Source: an uncultured bacterium
GTDB taxonomy: Bacteria; Lernaellota; Lernaellaia; Lernaellales; Lernaellaceae
Direction of reading: 5' to 3'
NCBI GenBank assembly: GCA_964534375.1
Contig: CAZHPN010000025.1
Span: 1 to 45,161 of the forward strand
DNA: 45,161 bases
Both the position numbers and the translations under genes were made by a program. How positions within the stretch are numbered: position 1 is the stretch's first letter; every line of letters begins with the position of its first letter. Shown piece by piece: positions 38,398 through 45,161 of the stretch. The notes under the pieces are model-generated. The model was not told the DNA's origin, made no database searches, and saw nothing but the letters and a program-made list of their open reading frames with translations.

Positions 38398-39719
38398 GAA
38401 ATTTTCCTGACCGCCTGCTGCTCCTGTTTGTCGCGATCCCCGTCCTTGCCTTCGCGGCCGACGGCCGCGCCGCGAAGGCCGTCGAGCCGCTGACGCTGCC
38501 GCAAGCCCGCCGCATCGCGATGGACAACAACCCGCAGATCAAAGCCGACACGTACGCCTACCATGCCGCGGAAGAAGATGTGGTCGCGGCGCGCTCGTTT
38601 TATCTCCCCCAGGTGAACGCCAACATGGTGGGGGCCTTCGCCGGCGCCGGCTCGCGCATCGCCGTCATGTCCTCCGGCCTGACCGACCCGACTGTCCTCG
38701 AACGCGGCTCCGGCGGCGTCGCCATCAGCCAGTTGGTCACCGATTTCGGCCGCACCATCGCCCAGATCGACGCGTCGCGCGCGGCGCAGGAAAGCGGCCG
38801 GCAGCACATCGCGCTGTCGCGCGCCCGCGTCGTGCTCGCCGTCACGATCGCCTATTTCGAAGCCTTGCGGGCCGAGGCGCTCACGGAGATCGCCCGGAGC
38901 ACGTTGCAGGCCCGCGACGTGCTGCTGCAACAGGTGTCGTCCTTGCGCGATGTGCAGATGAAGTCGGACCTCGATCTCAGCATTTCGCGGCAGGGCGTCG
39001 ATGCCGCCGACCTGCTGCTGCTCAGGGAACAGAATGCCCGCGCCGACGCGATGGCGCAATTGTCGCAGGCGATGGGTTACGCCGAGACGCACGACTTCAC
39101 GTTGTCCAAGCCCGCCGAGCCGCTGCCGCCGCTGGGCGCGGTGGACGCGCTGGTGCAGACCGCCTTGACGGACAACCCCGAACTGGCGGCGTTGCGCGCC
39201 GACGCGGAGGCCGCGCGCCAGCAAGCCGAAGCGGCCAAGGCGGAATCGTATCCGACGTTGAACGCGATGGGCTTCGCCGGCCTGACGCCGTACAGCGAGA
39301 CGAAACAACCGATTGCCCGCGACTACGCCGTCAGCGGATTCAATCTCAGCATCCCGCTGTTCGCCGGCGGAAGATTGTCGGCGGACGCCGACAAGGCGGC
39401 GTTTCAGGCCCACGCGGCGGAGATGCGATTCAATGTCAGAAAGAACGAATTGATCCGCGATATTCAGGTCGCCTTCGACCGCGCGAACACGGCTTACAAA
39501 AACATGTCGGTCACGCAACGGATGCACCAGAATGCGATCCTGTCGCTGCAACTTACGCGGACGCGGTACGACATCGGCCTTAGTTCGATCGTCGACCTGT
39601 ACCAGGTGGAACTGGCCGAAACCGAGGCGGCGGCGGCCGAAGCGGACGCGGGCTACGACTACCTCGAGCAGCGCGCCGTGCTGGATTACGTTCTGGGCAA
39701 GTATTCGCTCGGCGAGTGA
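38394..39719 (+). CDS. TolC-family outer-membrane efflux protein
   Basis: Signal peptide, LTL..A...A..NNP, YLPQV, YPTL, SIPLFAGG and RYDIGL. Confidence 0.92.
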   Translation: MRNFPDRLLLLFVAIPVLAFAADGRAAKAVEPLTLPQARRIAMDNNPQIKADTYAYHAAEEDVVAARSFYLPQVNANMVGAFAGAGSRIAVMSSGLTDPTVLERGSGGVAISQLVTDFGRTIAQIDASRAAQESGRQHIALSRARVVLAVTIAYFEALRAEALTEIARSTLQARDVLLQQVSSLRDVQMKSDLDLSISRQGVDAADLLLLREQNARADAMAQLSQAMGYAETHDFTLSKPAEPLPPLGAVDALVQTALTDNPELAALRADAEAARQQAEAAKAESYPTLNAMGFAGLTPYSETKQPIARDYAVSGFNLSIPLFAGGRLSADADKAAFQAHAAEMRFNVRKNELIRDIQVAFDRANTAYKNMSVTQRMHQNAILSLQLTRTRYDIGLSSIVDLYQVELAETEAAAAEADAGYDYLEQRAVLDYVLGKYSLGE

Positions 39720-39917
39720 ACCGTTTCGCGAGACCGGAAAATTTCGCTTGAAATAGCCGCGACGATTATGGTAGAGCAGTATTGCAGGATTTTGCTTTTT
39801 ATTTGTTGAAATGAAGAGAGCGAACGGTCTCCGGCCGGCACGGCGATCGTTTGCAGATACGTATCAATACAGCGCGGAACAACGTTAAAAACGGTTACAA
39901 CAATGAGGAGACTCGTA

Positions 39918-41339
39918 ATGAAAAGACATGTGTGCGTGGTAATTATCCTGGCGTTCTTGTTCGCGTCGGCGGCGGTCGCGTTCGCCGACGACAAGAAAGA
40001 CGACCAAGGCGCGGTGAACACCAGCCTGGGGCAACTGAGCGTGTATGGCACGTTCAAAGCGGGTTTCAACTACAACGTCGGCAACCAGGAACTCCAGGTC
40101 GGCACGCCGACGACGTCAACCGACAAGAAAACGGGAATCACGACCGTCACGCAACCGCTGCAGGCCGCGATCCGAAACTCCGACATGAGTTTCTCGGTCG
40201 ACTGGTTTGAACTCGGGGTCAAGGGCTGGGTGCTCGACAAGGGCGTGACTTACGCCATCAGCGTGCTCGGCGTGGACAACGCCACGAGCTACTCGGGCGG
40301 CAATCCGGTTTCGACGATTCAGGTCCTCGATATGAAGCTCGGCTTCCACTATATCCCGTACGTCGGCATCTACATCGGCCGCATCATCCCGGCGTTCTGC
40401 TACTACAACTCGATTCCGGCCGCCGCGTACAAGACGATCGAACAGCCGTTCATCAACCAGTACATGGTTCCCAGCGACTGGCAGACCGGCTTGAACCTCG
40501 GCCTCGTGACCGACTACGTTGACGCCAACCTCGGCGTGTACAATGGCCGCCAGTTCAATCCGCAAGTCCTGGGCGTGTGGGGCTTCCTGCCGCAAGGCGC
40601 CGCCAACCCCGTGGGCAACCCCGCGACCAATTGGGGCGACCAAAACACCGCGAAGGACATTCATTTCGGCGTCATCGGCAAACCGCTCGCCGGTATGGGC
40701 AAAGAGCACGTCGACGACATGCGGATTCGCGCGAGCCTGTGGTACGGCATGCCGCTGGACGGCTTCAAGAAAGACTCGAGCAACAACGTCGTCGCGCACA
40801 ACGCGGCGGTGACGATGATCAACGCCGATCTCGATTACCTCGGCCCGTTCGGACTGACGGTCATCGGCGAAGTCTTGTATGCTCAGTACGTGTGGGACAA
40901 AAAGCTCCCGCCGAATTTCACGACCGACCGTCTCGGCATGTGGACCGGCAAAGCGGACTCGACCGCCAACACGTTGACCTCCCTATCGTACAACCTCATG
41001 GCCGCCTTCAACTTCGGCCCGCTGTTCCGGGTGCCGATCGAATTGCTCGTCCGCTACGACTGGTTCGATCCGGACACGTTGAACAACGCCAAACAGCGTC
41101 CGACCAGCGTCAACGACCAACTGACCGACCTCACGGGCGGCTTCAACTACTACATCAAGTCCTACAGCGCGATGATCCGCCTGGACTATATCCACCACAT
41201 GCAACAGTGGAAGACCTACAGCGTCAACACCTCGCCCACCACCGTTTACCAAATGAATATGGAAAATGTGCGGGGCAACGGCAACCAAGTCGGCATCCAA
41301 GACGACGAACTGAAACTCGAAGCGCAGGTCAGCTTCTAA
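39918..41339 (+). CDS. Outer-membrane porin-like protein (OprO/P-like), paralogue B
   Basis: GAGGAG RBS. Colinear with paralogue A (LGFHYIPYV, KDIHFGVIGKPL, IRASLWYG, RPTSVNDQLTD, EAQVSF). Confidence 0.75.
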   Translation: MKRHVCVVIILAFLFASAAVAFADDKKDDQGAVNTSLGQLSVYGTFKAGFNYNVGNQELQVGTPTTSTDKKTGITTVTQPLQAAIRNSDMSFSVDWFELGVKGWVLDKGVTYAISVLGVDNATSYSGGNPVSTIQVLDMKLGFHYIPYVGIYIGRIIPAFCYYNSIPAAAYKTIEQPFINQYMVPSDWQTGLNLGLVTDYVDANLGVYNGRQFNPQVLGVWGFLPQGAANPVGNPATNWGDQNTAKDIHFGVIGKPLAGMGKEHVDDMRIRASLWYGMPLDGFKKDSSNNVVAHNAAVTMINADLDYLGPFGLTVIGEVLYAQYVWDKKLPPNFTTDRLGMWTGKADSTANTLTSLSYNLMAAFNFGPLFRVPIELLVRYDWFDPDTLNNAKQRPTSVNDQLTDLTGGFNYYIKSYSAMIRLDYIHHMQQWKTYSVNTSPTTVYQMNMENVRGNGNQVGIQDDELKLEAQVSF

Positions 41340-41361
41340 GCAGCGCCCGCCGATCGTTCGT

Positions 41362-41395
41362 ACGCCCCGCGGGGTCTCGGCCCCGCGGGGTTTTC
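41362..41395 (+). terminator. Rho-independent terminator of porin B, between convergent genes
   Basis: CCCCGCGGGG-TCTCGG-CCCCGCGGGG-TTTT. Confidence 0.8.
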
Positions 41396-41432
41396 TATTA
41401 TTTCCCGCTGTTCGCCGGCGACGGCCCCCGAC

Positions 41433-41870
41433 TTACTTCGGCGACTTCTCGTAGGCGCCGTACTCGGCTCCCGAGTCGCCGTAGGCGTCATCTCCGGGGA
41501 CGCCGTACGCGTTGGTCGGATTGAACGCGGCGCCGTTCGGCGCCGTCAGAATCTTGCTTTCCGCCGCCGTCGAACCGGCCGGGGCCTCGGCATACACCGT
41601 GTCGTCCGCGTATACATCCGAACCCTGAACCTCATACGACTCGGTCGCCCTGGCGGCCGTCACGGCTTTTTCGTTGGTCGCCGGCTTGCTCTCGGTGGGT
41701 TCCAACGCGCCCAGGTAAACGGTCGGATCGCTATACCGGTCGGTACCTGGAACGCCGTAGCCGGCGCCAGGCATGGACGTCTTTGCGCCGTTGTCTTCCG
41801 CATAAGCCGCAATCGCCAACAAATTTACCACCGCGAACGCCAAAACGAAGATTTTCACTGTTGTTCTCAT
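41433..41870 (-). CDS. Small secreted protein (145 aa) with three YxVxGxDxYxD repeats
   Basis: GAGGA RBS before ATG 41870, signal peptide ending AYA, and repeats YGVPGTDRYSD, YEVQGSDVYAD and YGVPGDDAYGD. Confidence 0.75.
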   Translation of the reverse strand: MRTTVKIFVLAFAVVNLLAIAAYAEDNGAKTSMPGAGYGVPGTDRYSDPTVYLGALEPTESKPATNEKAVTAARATESYEVQGSDVYADDTVYAEAPAGSTAAESKILTAPNGAAFNPTNAYGVPGDDAYGDSGAEYGAYEKSPK

Positions 41871-42018
41871 GATGTTTCCTCTCCATTGTTGGCTGACGCC
41901 CACCCGGGCGTCGTCCGAAATACGCAAGAACAACTTAAGGTGGTCAACGGGGCTGTCAACAAGCCGTTGCCTGCATTTCGAAAGCGTCGTTTTCGCGGAG
42001 TGCGCGGACGCCATTCGG

Positions 42019-42047
42019 TTGACAGCGATTTCGGCGGGGGATACGTT
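42019..42047 (+). promoter_or_regulatory. Putative sigma70 promoter of alaS
   Basis: TTGACA-N17-TACGTT about 40 nt upstream of ATG 42090. Confidence 0.6.
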
Positions 42048-42089
42048 TTGGGGCCTTTGAAACGGACCGATTCGACGCGGAGAAAAGCA

Positions 42090-44708
42090 ATGACCGGCAA
42101 CGAAGTGCGCAAGGCGTTTCTCGATTATTTTGTTAAGCAGGGGCACGCGGCGATGCCCAGTTCGCCGCTGGTTCCGCAAAAAGACCCGTCGTTGCTGTTC
42201 ACCAACGCCGGCATGGTGCAATTCAAGAGCGTGTTCCTCGGCGAACAGGACCTCGGCGTGCGCCGCGCGACCACCAGCCAGAAATGCCTGCGCGTCTCCG
42301 GCAAGCACAACGATTTCGAAAACGTCGGCCGCACCGCGCGCCACCACACGTTTTTCGAAATGCTCGGCAACTTCAGCTTCGGCGACTACTTCAAAAAAGA
42401 TGCGATCCGCTTCGCCTGGGAGCTGCTGACCGACGTGTACAAACTCGACCCCGACAAGCTCTATTGCAGCGTTTTCGAAACCGACGACGAAGCGGCGGAT
42501 TTGTGGCGTACCGGCGTCGGCGTGGCCCCCGACCGCATCCTGCGCTTCGGCGAAAAAGACAATTTCTGGTCGATGGGCGAAACCGGCCCGTGCGGCCCGT
42601 GCAGCGAAATCATCTACGACCAGGGCCCGGCCTTCGCGGGCACGCTCACTGACGGCGGCGACCGCTACCTCGAATTGTGGAACCTCGTCTTCATGCAATA
42701 CAACCGCGACTCCAGCGGCGTGATGACGCCCCTGCCGCGGCCGTCGATCGACACCGGCGCCGGCCTCGAGCGCATCGCGGCGGTGCTGCAAGGCCAGCCG
42801 ACCAACTACGATTCCGACCTCTTCACCGCGATCCACCAGGAAACCGCCCGGCTTTCCGGCCGCGTATACGGGGCGGACCCGGAGACCACCGTCAGCATGC
42901 GCGTCGTCGCCGACCACGTCCGCGCCATGACCTTTCTGATCGCCGACGGCGTGCTGCCGTCGAACGAAGGCCGCGGCTATGTGCTGCGCCGCATCATGCG
43001 CCGCGCCGCGCGCCACGGCGTGCTGCTCGGTTTGCGCGAGCCGTTCCTTTATCAGGTCAGCGGTGCGGTGGTCGAGACGATGAAGGGCGCCTACGCGGAA
43101 CTCGCCGACCGCGCGTCGTACATCGCCAAAGTCGTCAAGAACGAGGAAGAGCGGTTCCTCCGCACGTTGGAAAACGGCCTGAAGATGCTCAACGCCGAGC
43201 TCGAACGCGCCAAGGGCGAACTCGACGGCGAAATCGCCTTCAAGCTGTACGACACCTACGGCTTCCCGCTCGATTTGACCGAAGACATCTGCCGCGACCG
43301 CAACCTCACGGTCAACAAGGAGACCTTCGCGCGCGCCATGGAGCGCCAGCGCGTGCAGAGCCGCGCCGCGTGGGAAGGCTCCGGCGCGACCGAGTTGGCG
43401 CCGGGCCATCGCGAATTGCTCGCGCGCGGCGTAACGACCGAGTTCGTCGGGTACGACACGCTCAAAGCCGACGCCGAAGTCGTCGGCCTGCTGCGCGACG
43501 GCCTCGCGGTCGACAAGCTGGCAGCCGGCGAGTTGGGCGAGTTGTTCGTCGATGCGACGCCGTTTTACGCCGAAATGGGCGGCCAGGTCGGCGACGCGGG
43601 GCGCGTCCTGCACGGCGACGGGCTGCTCGAAGTGACCGATGCGCGGCACGTCGGCGAGACGCTCGTTTCGCACCATGTGCGGGTGCAAAAAGGCGAGGTC
43701 GCCGTCGGCCGCCGCGTGACGATGGCCGTCGACCCCGTGCGGCGCATGCGCATTCAGCGCAACCACACCGCCACGCACCTGCTGCACAAGGCGCTGCAGG
43801 AAGTGCTCGGCCGCGACGCCAAACAAGCCGGCTCGCTCGTCGCGCCCGAACGCCTGCGTTTCGATTTCACGCATTACTCGGCGATGAAGCAAGAGGAACT
43901 GGCGGCGGTCGAACGGCGCGTCAACGAGCTGGCGATGGCCGACGACGCGGTGGCGACGACGTTCAAAAGCCACGACGAGGCCGTCAAAGAGGGCGCGATG
44001 GCGCTGTTCGGCGAGAAATACGCCGACATCGTGCGCGTTGTGGCCATCGGCGACGGCGTCAGCCGCGAGTTGTGCGGCGGCACGCACCTGTCCCGCACCG
44101 GCCAGATCGGGCCGTTCGTCATCGTCTCCGAGGGCTCCGTCGCCGCCGGCGTGCGCCGCATCGAGGCGCTGACCGGCGACAACGCCGTGGCGCACCTGCA
44201 AACCGCCGACGAGCGCTTGCGCACCGCGGCCGACCTGCTGAAAACGACGCCGGCGGACCTGGTCGACCGCGCCGAGCGGCTGCTCGCCCAGCTCAAGACG
44301 GCCGAGAAGGAAATCGAAAAGCTGAAGGCCCGCGCCGCCGGCCAGGTCGGCGACGGCGTGCTCGGCCAGGTCGTCGAGTTCAACGGCGTCAAGGCGCTGG
44401 CGGCGAGCGTCGCGATCGCCGACCCCAAAGAACTCCGGACCTTCGCCGCGACCCTGCGCGACAAATTGGGCTCGGGCGTCTTGTTCCTTGCGGCGAACGC
44501 CGGCGAAAAGGCGTTGTGCATCGCGATGGTCACGCCGGACCTCGTCGGCCGCTTCCACGCCGGCAAAATCATCCAGTCCGCCGCGAAAGTCCTGGGCGGC
44601 GGCGGCGGCGGCAAACCCGATATGGCGCAGGCCGGCGGCCCGGACGTCCCGAAAATCGACGAAGCCGTCGCGACAGCGCTGGCGGCGATCCGCGAAATGG
44701 CGGGATGA
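42090..44708 (+). CDS. alaS: Alanyl-tRNA synthetase
   Basis: LLFTNAGMVQFK, RHHTFFEMLGNFS, IDTGAGLER, LYDTYGFP, the editing motifs HTATH and ELCGGTH, and GGGGKPDMAQAGG. Confidence 0.98.
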   Translation: MTGNEVRKAFLDYFVKQGHAAMPSSPLVPQKDPSLLFTNAGMVQFKSVFLGEQDLGVRRATTSQKCLRVSGKHNDFENVGRTARHHTFFEMLGNFSFGDYFKKDAIRFAWELLTDVYKLDPDKLYCSVFETDDEAADLWRTGVGVAPDRILRFGEKDNFWSMGETGPCGPCSEIIYDQGPAFAGTLTDGGDRYLELWNLVFMQYNRDSSGVMTPLPRPSIDTGAGLERIAAVLQGQPTNYDSDLFTAIHQETARLSGRVYGADPETTVSMRVVADHVRAMTFLIADGVLPSNEGRGYVLRRIMRRAARHGVLLGLREPFLYQVSGAVVETMKGAYAELADRASYIAKVVKNEEERFLRTLENGLKMLNAELERAKGELDGEIAFKLYDTYGFPLDLTEDICRDRNLTVNKETFARAMERQRVQSRAAWEGSGATELAPGHRELLARGVTTEFVGYDTLKADAEVVGLLRDGLAVDKLAAGELGELFVDATPFYAEMGGQVGDAGRVLHGDGLLEVTDARHVGETLVSHHVRVQKGEVAVGRRVTMAVDPVRRMRIQRNHTATHLLHKALQEVLGRDAKQAGSLVAPERLRFDFTHYSAMKQEELAAVERRVNELAMADDAVATTFKSHDEAVKEGAMALFGEKYADIVRVVAIGDGVSRELCGGTHLSRTGQIGPFVIVSEGSVAAGVRRIEALTGDNAVAHLQTADERLRTAADLLKTTPADLVDRAERLLAQLKTAEKEIEKLKARAAGQVGDGVLGQVVEFNGVKALAASVAIADPKELRTFAATLRDKLGSGVLFLAANAGEKALCIAMVTPDLVGRFHAGKIIQSAAKVLGGGGGGKPDMAQAGGPDVPKIDEAVATALAAIREMAG

Positions 44709-45011
44709 GGGGAATGGAACTTTAAACACAGAGAGCACAGCGCGGCAAAGCCGCAACCGAATTTCGGATTGCGGATTGCGGATTGCGGAATGAACCGGCG
44801 CGGGGCCGGCGTGGTTTCATTGCGCCCGGTTGGCGAACGGGCACGGCGCCGACAATCCCATGAGTCCCATTGGTCCCATGAGTCCCATTATTCCCAGGCG
44901 CAACAACGGTGCAACGAGAATCTTGGCGCAAGAACAAGAAACGAACCGTTAGTCGTACAGCGCAGCCGTTGGCCGCAACCAAATTGAGCCCGGGGTTAAA
45001 ACCCCGGGCTC
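44709..45011. repeat. Mosaic repeat region: CACAGAG head, two hairpin-GCAACC motifs, (CGGATTG)n, (CCCATGAGT)n and a REP-like palindrome
   Basis: TTTAAACACAGAGAGCACAG 44721-44740, CGGATTG x3 plus CGGAATG 44765-44792, 9-mers 44857-44898, and GAGCCCGGGGT-TAAA-ACCCCGGGCTC 44986-45011. Confidence 0.9.
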
Positions 45012-45161
45012 TGGAGTTTGGCCATTTTAAGTAAGTTATGATTTATTGACCATCGCATAATAGGGTGACAACTTCGTCAAAAAGATAGCCCGGCGTGTTT
45101 CAAGATGGCGAACGCCAGGATTTTTCTGCGTCTCACCCGCGCCATCCCGCGACACACGGCG

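Noticed and set aside
39830..39860. Sigma54 promoter upstream of porin B, and a similar near-match at ~30345-30362 for porin A
   Set aside because: The GG-N10-GC spacing or bases are not satisfied.
41871..44756. 1107-aa minus-strand ORF
   Set aside because: Antisense to alaS. Only the last 145 codons, with their own RBS and signal peptide, look real.
44739..44983. Integron attC sites
   Set aside because: Motifs are too short and lack RYYYAAC...GTTRRRY boxes, and there is no integrase in the window.
45105..45161. Possible gene start at the window end
   Set aside because: Too short, with no clear RBS or motif.

Overview
This is a GC-rich bacterial chromosomal window of mostly metabolic, envelope and housekeeping genes. 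It holds a partial PHP-domain gene, a fused NfnAB-type transhydrogenase, a receiver protein, an IS66 remnant, a lipase lipoprotein, a TMTC-like GT-C/TPR protein, tryptophanase (tnaA), an alphaCTD/sigma-region-4-like protein and hisS. Next come a coupled pair of histidine ammonia-lyase homologues, pepT, a GNAT, a lipoprotein C-N hydrolase, a three-gene envelope operon with a ceramidase-like enzyme, a ferritin-like protein and a histidine kinase. An MFP-RND-RND-TolC operon is bracketed by two inverted paralogous porins, and alaS is the last complete gene. I saw no rRNA, tRNA or CRISPR array. Three signals stand out. (1) One ammonia-lyase paralogue is full length but lacks the MIO triad and catalytic tyrosines, suggesting an enzyme/pseudoenzyme heteromer. 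(2) Many intergenic spaces are mosaics of 7-10 bp periodic repeats, with a shared TAAACACAGAG head at gene 3' ends and a recurrent hairpin-GCAACC motif. (3) The two near-identical RND subunits differ at polar positions in the transmembrane core. Asp-rich lipoprotein linkers tentatively suggest a delta-proteobacterial-like lineage such as Ca. Lernaellota. All calls come from reading motifs by eye; no searches were run.
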